This document shows, piece by piece, positions 1-6,553 of a stretch of DNA of 10,547 nt. Under the pieces are notes generated by a model. The model saw only the letters and a list, made by a program, of their open reading frames with translations, was not told the origin of the DNA and did no database searches. How positions within the stretch are numbered: position 1 is the stretch's first letter; each line of letters begins with the position of its first letter. Made by a program: the position numbers and the translations under genes. The stretch lies in the IMG/VR virus record IMGVR_UViG_3300035501_000580; one strand, 5' to 3'. Origin of the DNA: a virus (Duplodnaviria; Heunggongvirae; Uroviricota; Caudoviricetes).

Positions 1-76
1 TAAGTTGAGGAAGGGGGATGGACAGTTATATGGGTTGAGTTCTGGTCAGCTGAGTCTGGGGACTGGGTTAAGATGA

Positions 77-165
77 CAAAATGAAAGTAAAAGAGGGGAT
101 TTACTTACATGCTTATAAAAAATCCCCTGAGTTTTTCTTCAGGAGGTGTCAAAATGAAAGTAAAA
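77..165. repeat. 16-bp direct repeat CAAAATGAAAGTAAAA (77-92 and 150-165); partial third copy CAAAATG at 181-187
   Basis: Exact 16-nt match read directly from the sequence, 73 bp apart, in the non-coding left end. Confidence 0.85.
94..128 (-). terminator. Possible second intrinsic terminator hairpin
   Basis: 9-bp inverted repeat AGGGGATTT (94-102) / AAATCCCCT (120-128) with a 17-nt loop; followed on the minus strand by T-rich CTTTTACTTTCATTTT. The long loop lowers confidence. Confidence 0.35.
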
Positions 166-196
166 ATCAGGAAATAGTAACAAAATGTCAGAATAC

Positions 197-233
197 AAAA
201 AAACAATCCCTCAGAAGAAATCCAAGGGATTGT
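197..233 (-). terminator. Likely intrinsic terminator ending the minus-strand operon
   Basis: 9-bp stem ACAATCCCT (203-211) / AGGGATTGT (225-233), 13-nt loop, immediately followed on the minus strand by a T run (A197-A203 on +); lies downstream of the last minus-strand CDS. Confidence 0.6.
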
Positions 234-395
234 GTGACATATTCAGAAAGTTAGGTTAGCACATTTTACAATAATAGCATACTGTGTAATGATTAGTTTA
301 AGGTCTGATTATGTCAGCATATGTAATGATGGTCAAAATAAGGGTGGTCATAAACTTGGCGAAAAGTCGTGCGAAGAAAAGACCACAGATGGAAA

Positions 396-851
396 CTAAA
401 GGTTGATGGTCAGGTTTTCGATGTTGATATTAATCGTGATGCCTGAATTAGTTTCCGGTTCATTACATGCGTCTGTTTCCGGGGTTAGATTTACTGGATC
501 GTCGGTAGAAGCAGAAGTAGTAATAGGGGATGGTTTGAACAGTATGCAGTCATCGAGAGATACTAAACCATTTTCATATAGAGTCTGTTCGAGTTTTTTG
601 AATTTATCCTTGGAGTAGAAGTTAACCAAGAACGGGTCGAACAGTCTGAATTGATTATAATTGAGGGTGTCATTATATGTGAACCCAAACTTATCGAGGA
701 AGACACATTCATAAAGGAATAGGTATCCTCCTTTATATCTTTTAGTGACAACATTCATAATTTTCCCATGTTCGCCTTTCGTATTCGTAATGATGAGGTC
801 GAATTGTTTAGGGGTGTTGGAAAAATTAGATGTCGTAGAAGCTGTTTCCAT
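396..851 (-). CDS. Hypothetical phage protein (151 aa) with a low-complexity T/E/N-rich C-terminus
   Basis: ORF co-oriented with and overlapping the upstream gene by 26 nt; the only TAG stop among the window's genes; no family recognised. Confidence 0.75.
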   Translation of the reverse strand: METASTTSNFSNTPKQFDLIITNTKGEHGKIMNVVTKRYKGGYLFLYECVFLDKFGFTYNDTLNYNQFRLFDPFLVNFYSKDKFKKLEQTLYENGLVSLDDCILFKPSPITTSASTDDPVNLTPETDACNEPETNSGITININIENLTINL

Positions 852-1113
852 TTAGTTTATATTTTATTTCTGATACACAATGAGGGCAACGATAAGTGAA
901 AAATTGATAAAGTGGTTGGTTAGTTACTTTGGCCGACGTTAGACAAGGAGAAGAAGTACCTTGAAATCTATTCCTTGGGCCGGACAGACATTCATCATAA
1001 CAATCCATTAGTTCCATATCATTGCCACAGATTGGACATGATTTGGTATCGTATGGATAGAACTTGTGACCATTTACCTCTACGAGTGATGGAGAGATAT
1101 CAATGTTTTCCAT
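826..1113 (-). CDS. Small zinc-ribbon-like protein (CPICG...CPHC)
   Basis: Two CxxC pairs in a 95-aa ORF; tight packing with neighbours. Confidence 0.75.
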   Translation of the reverse strand: MENIDISPSLVEVNGHKFYPYDTKSCPICGNDMELMDCYDECLSGPRNRFQGTSSPCLTSAKVTNQPLYQFFTYRCPHCVSEIKYKLNGNSFYDI

Positions 1114-1124
1114 ATCACTGAAAG

Positions 1125-1487
1125 TTAAATGTTGGACAGTGGGATGTTATTGTCGAGAAGATAACGGATGCAGTTAAAGACGACATCAACGAAATTCAGA
1201 CCGTTACATTTTTGGAAGTCGGCGTCAGTGGTTTTCGGGTCACTGTAGTCCACATAACCTTCATAAATTTGTTCCCAATTCGGTTCTGAAGAAATACTGA
1301 TTCCGTTGTGTAATTCCATCAGGGCGGAAAGAGACCAAGCGGGAATATCATCAGGTCCCATCGAGTAATCCTGTTTAGCCAAGAGATATTTACCTGTTAC
1401 TGAGTAGAACATATCAGCAGTTTCAACAGGGACACCTTTAGATAGGAGAAACTCAGATTGTTGAATTGAGGTAGCTATTTTATTCAT
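1125..1487 (-). CDS. Hypothetical phage protein, paralog of 5860-6333 (T..QS..LL..G....AD...PAWSL motif)
   Basis: Shares 'TSIQQSEFLLSKGVPVETADMFY...PAWSLSAL' with 'TTIKQSSILLDCGINPDSADHHW...PAWSLWSL'; 2-nt gap (TAATCATG) to the upstream gene. Confidence 0.85.
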   Translation of the reverse strand: MNKIATSIQQSEFLLSKGVPVETADMFYSVTGKYLLAKQDYSMGPDDIPAWSLSALMELHNGISISSEPNWEQIYEGYVDYSDPKTTDADFQKCNGLNFVDVVFNCIRYLLDNNIPLSNI

Positions 1488-1489
1488 GA

Positions 1490-1834
1490 TTATTTCTTTT
1501 TTGAGCGATTATTTTTCGTAACGACTTCTTGTTCAAAATAGGGGTCATACCAGTTAAGGATACCGTCATCTTCATTGATTAGATAAACCCAGTAACCTTC
1601 TTCGAGTGGATTACCTTTGTTGTCTCTGGATTCGCCACTGATCCACCGAGCTTCAATTATTTCAACTGTTTTACCAGCGAAGTCGGAGTAAGGAGGATAC
1701 CATAATTCATCTTCTTCATCAGGGTCACAGATAATCAGAGGTTCATCATATCCGGGACAAACTTTAGAGAGAGATGATAGGTCTTTGACTTTTACTTTGT
1801 CTCCGACCTTGAAGTGGTTATTAGTTCTGTCCAT
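1490..1834 (-). CDS. Stand-alone module A (SH3/KOW-like) member of the window's paralog family
   Basis: FKVGDKVKVK...FAGKTVEII...YLINEDDGILNWYDPYFE matches the N-terminal module of the 210-249 aa paralogs; modules B and C are absent. Confidence 0.8.
   Translation of the reverse strand: MDRTNNHFKVGDKVKVKDLSSLSKVCPGYDEPLIICDPDEEDELWYPPYSDFAGKTVEIIEARWISGESRDNKGNPLEEGYWVYLINEDDGILNWYDPYFEQEVVTKNNRSKKK
1505..1519 (-). other. Gene-end motif copy ACGA-AAAATAA-TCGC
   Basis: + strand gcgattatttttcgt, within the last codons of 1490-1834. Confidence 0.65.
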
Positions 1835-1865
1835 TGTTTATTTTTTTAGACGATTTTCGTGACGA

Positions 1866-2198
1866 TTATTTACGGAAGAGTTCCACTTTGGTTGTACCGT
1901 TTTCGAGGGGAGTTTCAACTACATTAAAGTCGGTATATACATTGTCATTGATTTTGACATTACCAGTAGCGATGAAATTGTAGTAGTTGTCTTGACCGAT
2001 GTTGTAGGTAGTAGTACCATTTTCATAAACAACGTTGTCTTTGTTGCTTTTGAATTTACGGTAGGCTTCGCTGACTTTTCTGAAACCCATGACGAAAAGG
2101 AAACCACCAAGGATGAGAACTGCGATACCAAGATTACCGTTGATGATATGTTGATTATAAGCGGCCATCATTGAAAGACCTAAGAACATGCGTTTCAT
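1866..2198 (-). CDS. Small predicted membrane protein (110 aa)
   Basis: Hydrophobic stretch NLGIAVLILGGFLFVMGF followed by a basic segment; first gene after the tandem promoters. Confidence 0.8.
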   Translation of the reverse strand: MKRMFLGLSMMAAYNQHIINGNLGIAVLILGGFLFVMGFRKVSEAYRKFKSNKDNVVYENGTTTYNIGQDNYYNFIATGNVKINDNVYTDFNVVETPLENGTTKVELFRK

Positions 2199-2241
2199 TG
2201 TTTTTTGTTTTTTAGAGAGTTAAACTTGTTTTCTTTTTACA

Positions 2242-2316
2242 TTACAAAGATACTTGATTTTTTTGACTTGACCAAATTTTAAGTGCTAAAAATTTGTTAA
2301 ATCTTTTATCAATCAT
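2242..2316 (-). CDS. Possible 24-aa peptide MIDKRFNKFLALKIWSSQKNQVSL between the tandem promoters
   Basis: ATG at 2316 with A-rich upstream sequence, TAA at 2242-2244; it overlaps the promoter at 2245-2300, so it may be incidental. Confidence 0.25.
   Translation of the reverse strand: MIDKRFNKFLALKIWSSQKNQVSL
2245..2300 (-). promoter_or_regulatory. Bacteroidetes primary-sigma-type promoter P1
   Basis: TTTG (2276-2273), 20-nt spacer, TATCTTTG (2252-2245); matches the established -33/-7 consensus TTTG-N19-21-TAnnTTTG; upstream TTAAC-N6-TTAGC. Confidence 0.85.
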
Positions 2317-2344
2317 CTTTTCAATGTTCTTTTGTTTTACATTA

Positions 2345-2399
2345 CAAAGATACAAGTTTTTCTCGACATCTCCAAATAAAAACCGCTAAATAAAGCTAA
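2345..2399 (-). promoter_or_regulatory. Bacteroidetes primary-sigma-type promoter P2, exactly 100 bp upstream of P1
   Basis: TTTG (2376-2373), N20, TATCTTTG (2352-2345); upstream TTAGC-N5-TTAGC. Confidence 0.85.
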
Positions 2400-2419
2400 C
2401 AATATCTGAATACTGATTT

Positions 2420-2434
2420 ACGATTTATTTTCGT
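2420..2434 (-). other. Gene-end motif copy ACGA-AAATAAA-TCGT
   Basis: Overlaps the TGA stop of 2434-3183; 2418-2434 is a 17-nt exact match to 10335-10351. Confidence 0.75.
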
Positions 2435-3183
2435 CAATATTTCAAATGTCGTTCTGTGGTATCTTCATGACCAATCTCTGGATGTTTCATGAAGTAGAAT
2501 AGTGATTGACAGGCCGACTCATATACTCTGAAATAGTTACCGATTTTATACTGGTTCTCATCAAAGTCATCACCATAGTCATTCTTAGCGACCACATTGC
2601 CTATTTCATTTACATAGAAATAAACACCATAACGTTGAGCCCTCCAAGGAATAGGATTAAAGTCATTCCAATCTCTTTTATGTTTAGAGGGGAATAACAT
2701 GATTTCACCATCCTCATCAAACGTGCCATCTTTATGAAGTATCAGGTCGTTGTTGATATAGTATTTGTTTTTCTGGATTGTTTCTTCTCCGGGTAGTTTT
2801 GGTTTTCTCAGGAATATGCAATCACCATACATACTATCCACAACTACATCACCAATCATCGGACAGTAGAAGACTTGATTTTCTTCACATTTACCAAGGA
2901 TTTGAATTAGGTCGAGGATAGGGGTTTCAGTTCCATCTAAATTAACGAGAGCTGAGAAACAACCGGAAGTCCAGACGTTGTTATCTTCCTCAATGGTAAA
3001 ATAAGTTGAGTCTATTTTATCTTTAATGGTCACGATTTGGTCACAGAAATTACTCATGTCTTCTTTGAAATAGAAGGGGAGTTCAATCTTACCTATCGAG
3101 ATTTGTTTGGTGTTTGTATCTCTGTTCTCTAAATACCACTGTTGAGATTTGACTCTTACTTTATCACCTACATTTAATTTCAT
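2434..3183 (-). CDS. Three-module (A-B-C) paralog family protein, 249 aa
   Basis: VGDKVRVKSQQWY...FCDQIVTI...EED; FYCPMIG...MLFPSKHKRDWNDF; WRAQ...YFYVNEIG...IGNYF. Confidence 0.92.
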   Translation of the reverse strand: MKLNVGDKVRVKSQQWYLENRDTNTKQISIGKIELPFYFKEDMSNFCDQIVTIKDKIDSTYFTIEEDNNVWTSGCFSALVNLDGTETPILDLIQILGKCEENQVFYCPMIGDVVVDSMYGDCIFLRKPKLPGEETIQKNKYYINNDLILHKDGTFDEDGEIMLFPSKHKRDWNDFNPIPWRAQRYGVYFYVNEIGNVVAKNDYGDDFDENQYKIGNYFRVYESACQSLFYFMKHPEIGHEDTTERHLKY

Positions 3184-3200
3184 ATGATTGTTTGATTGTG

Positions 3201-3267
3201 AAAAATTTGGAGAATTGAATTTTATTTACTCTACAAATGTACAAGAAAAAATTCAATTCTCCAAATT
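3201..3267 (-). terminator. 20-bp perfect inverted repeat; probable terminator of 3310-4422, overlapping promoter P3
   Basis: AATTTGGAGAATTGAATTTT (3204-3223) and its exact reverse complement (3248-3267), 24-nt spacer; on the minus strand the stem ends in TTTTT. Confidence 0.6.
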
Positions 3268-3288
3268 AGTCATGCCAAAATATATTAA
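3234..3288 (-). promoter_or_regulatory. Bacteroidetes primary-sigma-type promoter P3
   Basis: TTTG (3265-3262), N20, TACATTTG (3241-3234); upstream TTAAT-N5-TTGGC; lies 50 bp upstream of the 3183 ATG. Confidence 0.8.
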
Positions 3289-3309
3289 AAATTCATTCAG
3301 TAAGTTCTA

Positions 3310-4422
3310 TTAATTTCGTGCGAATGAAATCGTTTTCCCCATAAGGTGGTCTTTAGGTGATTGATAAAATTCTCCATGTTCGACATCAACAATACATACA
3401 TCAGTTTTCATGTCTACATAGTTCACCTTAGAGTAGTCATATTTGTCACCATGAATTTCTTTGGCCATGTTGATGAAATACTCTTGACTTATTTTACGAT
3501 CTCGCTCAGCTTGGATGGGGTTTTCATCTGACTGTTTCTCGTCGAAGTCTTTCTCAGCGTTATTGATGAACCTTTTGATTGCTCGGTTTGATACTGATTG
3601 TCCAGTGTAACCATTCAAGTGGTGTCGTGGGGTTGACCAGAACGCACCATTCTCTGGACAGATGATACATACCTTGGTGTTTGAGTTTACATATTTCACC
3701 TTAGAGTAGTCGAATTTGTCACCATGAATTTCTTTGGCTCGGCGAATAAACTCATCCTGTGTCAGTTTGTGTTTCTCGTTTCGACATACAGCACAACCTT
3801 TTCCAGTGAGGTGGTCTTTAGGTGTCATCCAAAATTCACCATGTTTTGGACAGATGATACATACCTTAGTTCTTGCGTTTACGTACTTGGTTTTAGAATA
3901 GTCATACTTTTTACCATGCAGTCGTCGTGCCTCTTCAATAAACTCATCTGTTGTCATTTGGTGTTTATTATGCCAACAGTCCGGACAACCAAGTCCTTTC
4001 AAGTGGTTTATCGGGCTCATCCAGAACTCACCATGTTCAGGGCAGATGATACATACCTTGGTTTTTGAATTTACATACTCTACCAAGGAATAGTCATACT
4101 TGTCACCATGTACTTGTCGAGCTTGGTTAATGAACTTAGTTGTTGTCATCTTGTCAGCGAAACGAGGTTGGGATTTGTCCATTTCCAACTCGGTCTTGCG
4201 AATAAACTCAGTGTGTTCCTTTTGGTTGTCGAGGTTGATCTGATTTTCTCGACATGCTGGACAACCAAGGCCTTCCAAGTGGTTCTGCGGTGTCATCCAA
4301 AATTCACCATGTTCAGGGCAGATGATACATACTTTAGTTTTAGTGTTTACAAAATTGACTTTAGAATAGTCATACTTGTCACCATGTACTGCTTGTGCAG
4401 ATTCAATGAAATTTTTCGTCAT
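3310..4422 (-). CDS. DUF723-like zinc-finger-type repeat protein (5 repeats), homing-endonuclease-associated DNA-binding array without a visible nuclease domain
   Basis: Repeats FI..A..(V/I/L)HGDKYDYSK..YVN..TKVCIICP.HGEFW..P..HL.G.GC..C at aa 5-57, 97-149, 161-213, 225-277 and 316-368; the family name is from recall, not a search. Confidence 0.8.
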   Translation of the reverse strand: MTKNFIESAQAVHGDKYDYSKVNFVNTKTKVCIICPEHGEFWMTPQNHLEGLGCPACRENQINLDNQKEHTEFIRKTELEMDKSQPRFADKMTTTKFINQARQVHGDKYDYSLVEYVNSKTKVCIICPEHGEFWMSPINHLKGLGCPDCWHNKHQMTTDEFIEEARRLHGKKYDYSKTKYVNARTKVCIICPKHGEFWMTPKDHLTGKGCAVCRNEKHKLTQDEFIRRAKEIHGDKFDYSKVKYVNSNTKVCIICPENGAFWSTPRHHLNGYTGQSVSNRAIKRFINNAEKDFDEKQSDENPIQAERDRKISQEYFINMAKEIHGDKYDYSKVNYVDMKTDVCIVDVEHGEFYQSPKDHLMGKTISFARN

Positions 4423-4525
4423 AATACTATAACGTTTTTAAAAAAATTAAAATTAAAAATTAAAAAATTATTTGATTTTGTAAGATGTCGTTTAATTTAT
4501 CTTACATTATAATAATAACAAAAAA
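4423..4525. other. Extremely AT-rich spacer with (A)nTT repeats and an 8-bp hairpin (4479-4486 / 4499-4506)
   Basis: aaaaaaatt-aaaatt-aaaaatt-aaaaaatt run; TGTAAGAT/ATCTTACA inverted repeat; no TAnnTTTG box. Confidence 0.55.
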
Positions 4526-4855
4526 TTAGAGAGATGTCAACTTTTTGATAATATTTTTTCTTATTTTTTTGTTTTCCTCATTTCGTCTTTCGTCACGTAG
4601 GTCTTCAATATACTCTAATATATATAACCTCCGACCTTCATTCAAAAATACAGCCGCTCCTATTTCAAAGAAGTCGAATCGGTCGAAACAGTCCCTTGTC
4701 CATTTCATTTCTTTGGAAAGGTAATATTTCTTATTCTTATATCTTATCCGGACACAAAACTGAGGTTGAGGGTCATAGATGTTACCGGAGATAGGAACTA
4801 ACTTTACATTTTTCTTAGCTTCCTTTCTCAGTCGTTTCAGTATGGTTGTTTTCAT
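4526..4855 (-). CDS. Basic hypothetical phage protein (MKTTILKRLRK...), about 109 aa
   Basis: Start moved from 4942 to the ATG at 4855 to reduce overlap with the upstream gene; the start choice is inferred. Confidence 0.75.
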   Translation of the reverse strand: MKTTILKRLRKEAKKNVKLVPISGNIYDPQPQFCVRIRYKNKKYYLSKEMKWTRDCFDRFDFFEIGAAVFLNEGRRLYILEYIEDLRDERRNEENKKIRKNIIKKLTSL

Positions 4856-5318
4856 TTTCGTACTTTCGTTCGTCGTTAATTTTATCCAAGATATTATAGT
4901 AGTTGAGGAATAACAACCAACTGCATACATTAGGGAAGTCATGTGGTTCGGTTATCTCAGAAACAATGTCCAGGATCACAGTAATAATCCAAAACTTTTC
5001 ATTCCCCATGTATTTCCGCATGCGTTTCCTGATGAATGTGAAGTCCCCATAACCTTTGTCCTGTTTTTCCCTGATAACCTGTTCCATCCATCGTTCCACC
5101 CCTTCATCAGATTTCAGTATCATCCGGTCAATCACACAAGTGACCAACCATTCATTGGCATCTACTACCTCATCATCTTCAAATCCACGAAGGAAGAAGT
5201 CAGCACAACGACAACTGGAAATCTTATTATAGTTGTCATTAAGTTCACCAAATATTTCGATGGCTGAGTCTGGGACAGAATTTATCAGACGGTCGATGGT
5301 TTCTTTACTGGGAATCAT
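4815..5318 (-). CDS. Hypothetical protein (MIPSKETIDRL...), about 167 aa
   Basis: ATG at 5318 forms an ATGA overlap with the ASCH gene stop, which suggests translational coupling. Confidence 0.8.
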   Translation of the reverse strand: MIPSKETIDRLINSVPDSAIEIFGELNDNYNKISSCRCADFFLRGFEDDEVVDANEWLVTCVIDRMILKSDEGVERWMEQVIREKQDKGYGDFTFIRKRMRKYMGNEKFWIITVILDIVSEITEPHDFPNVCSWLLFLNYYNILDKINDERKYENENNHTETTEKGS

Positions 5319-5578
5319 TGGAAACTGATTACATAATATTGGACATCTGGTTGAGCTCCCCATTCTGGATTTCCGGTTCTGATGGAGATGTCAGTGATCT
5401 GAAAAGTCAAGGTTTCTGATGTGTAACCTTTATGGAAACAAACAGTATCGTAATTCGTATCGTCTAACCGTTTTGTCCAATAGGGTTTCACATCTCGGTA
5501 TTCCTCCCTTTTCACTCCTGACTCAATCATCTCATACCATTTGGATTTCAGGATAAGGTGTAGAGTTTTACCATTCAT
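5315..5578 (-). CDS. ASCH (PUA-like) domain protein, about 87 aa
   Basis: LHLILKSKWYEMIESGVKREEYR matches the ASCH GxKxxExR signature; the start at 5578 (MNGK) is inferred from the overlap. Confidence 0.8.
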   Translation of the reverse strand: MNGKTLHLILKSKWYEMIESGVKREEYRDVKPYWTKRLDDTNYDTVCFHKGYTSETLTFQITDISIRTGNPEWGAQPDVQYYVISFQ

Positions 5579-5822
5579 TATCAATTCCATCTTCAACTGG
5601 GACTTCTGGTTGCCAAGTAGACATGATTTTGAGTTCACCTTTCTGCTCCTTTTCTTTCAACTCATTCATAGCATCCTCATAAGTGTCAAACTCACAAGGG
5701 CAGATATGTTGCTTAGTAATGTTGAGGAATGAATACTTACCTCCTACCTTATGTTTGAAGATAGAGATGGTGTAGTATTTTTTCTTGTCGTAACGGTAAA
5801 TTGTAATAAAATCAGGCATCAT
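5568..5822 (-). CDS. Hypothetical phage protein (YSFLNITKQHICPCEF motif), 84 aa
   Basis: ORF tiles with its neighbours; CPC motif; no function recognised. Confidence 0.8.
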   Translation of the reverse strand: MMPDFITIYRYDKKKYYTISIFKHKVGGKYSFLNITKQHICPCEFDTYEDAMNELKEKEQKGELKIMSTWQPEVPVEDGIDNEW

Positions 5823-5859
5823 AATTTAACTAATTTTTATATTGTTTAACTATCTATGT

Positions 5860-6333
5860 TTACTGAGCTGAGTCCCATCCATCAACAAATTCCTGTAGAG
5901 TGGGTTGTCCCTCACAGTAGGTTGAAAACTTGGCCAAGACAACTAACTTAACCAGAACATCTAAAGGATCACCAGATTTATGGAAAATGACTTCCAGAGT
6001 TTCTTTAAGTGTCAGAGTAATGTCAACTTCATGATTTTGGTACACGATTATGGTCAACTCATATTTACTGGGGTTGATTCTCAGTGCATCTATCAGTGAC
6101 CAGAGAGACCAAGCAGGATACATGATGTCTGGATCCGTGTCTGAGTTCGGTAGTAGTTCACGTTGTAGACCATACTCATTATTTTCAAATCTTTCTTCAT
6201 ATTCGTTTTTCGTAATGAAGTTTCCCTCCATGTCTTTGAATATCCAATGATGGTCAGCTGAGTCAGGATTAATTCCACAGTCGAGAAGAATTGATGACTG
6301 TTTGATGGTTGTTACTGTTTTATTCGATGTCAT
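5860..6333 (-). CDS. Hypothetical phage protein, paralog of 1125-1487
   Basis: Shared N-terminal T..QS..LL..G...AD motif and PAWSL motif, with a longer insert between them. Confidence 0.85.
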   Translation of the reverse strand: MTSNKTVTTIKQSSILLDCGINPDSADHHWIFKDMEGNFITKNEYEERFENNEYGLQRELLPNSDTDPDIMYPAWSLWSLIDALRINPSKYELTIIVYQNHEVDITLTLKETLEVIFHKSGDPLDVLVKLVVLAKFSTYCEGQPTLQEFVDGWDSAQ

Positions 6334-6553
6334 ATTTTGGTTTAATTTGATATTCCTTTCTGGTTGGATCAGGAAATTGAGTTATCTCTATCGGTAGTGC
6401 CTCATCTATCCATCTTAAATCTGGCCAAAGTGCTGAGTCAATTTGGAACACATCTCCTCGACCACACCAGATTTTATAGTGGTTATGACGAGCTGGTTTT
6501 GATTTGAATAAGTGAAGGACATCATTTCCATCACGAGCTACATAAAATTTCAT
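6320..6553 (-). CDS. Small hypothetical phage protein (YVARD...LHLFKSKP...W), 77 aa
   Basis: ATGA overlap with 6550-7026; 14-nt overlap with the downstream gene. Confidence 0.8.
   Translation of the reverse strand: MKFYVARDGNDVLHLFKSKPARHNHYKIWCGRGDVFQIDSALWPDLRWIDEALPIEITQFPDPTRKEYQIKPKYDIE

Larger units (their letters stand above)
2336..2436 (-). repeat. 101-bp dispersed direct repeat, copy 1 (partner at 9382-9482)
   Basis: Ungapped manual alignment gives 85/101 identical positions; contains the gene-end motif and promoter P2. Confidence 0.9.

Noticed and set aside
2-76. Possible C-terminus of a plus-strand gene (KLRKGDGQLY...GLR-stop) or a G-quadruplex at 13-67
   Set aside because: Only 24 open codons with no recognisable motif, and the G-tract loops are too long (14 and 23 nt). 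Needs flanking sequence.
348-398. TAG-to-Gln recoding (Lak/crAss-type genetic code 15)
   Set aside because: All genes are intact in code 11 and end in TAA or TGA except one TAG. Read-through there adds only 16 aa. Recoding limited to late genes elsewhere cannot be excluded from this window.
686-693. Extra TAnnTTTG box inside ORF 396-851
   Set aside because: No TTTG at the 20-nt spacing and none of the extended promoter features.
826-1113. Lar-like restriction alleviation protein
   Set aside because: Only the generic CxxC pairs match; not enough to name a family.
3310-4422. DNA repeats (e.g. CAGATGATACATAC four times) as a CRISPR array or DGR template/variable pair
   Set aside because: The repeats are in-frame protein repeats; there are no unique spacers, no reverse transcriptase and no evident adenine-specific mismatch pattern.
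49-6439. GCTGAGTC occurs five times (49, 5263, 5867, 6257, 6432)
   Set aside because: The four copies inside genes all encode Asp-Ser-Ala in the same frame at no consistent position; this is post-hoc pattern picking and best explained by codon usage.
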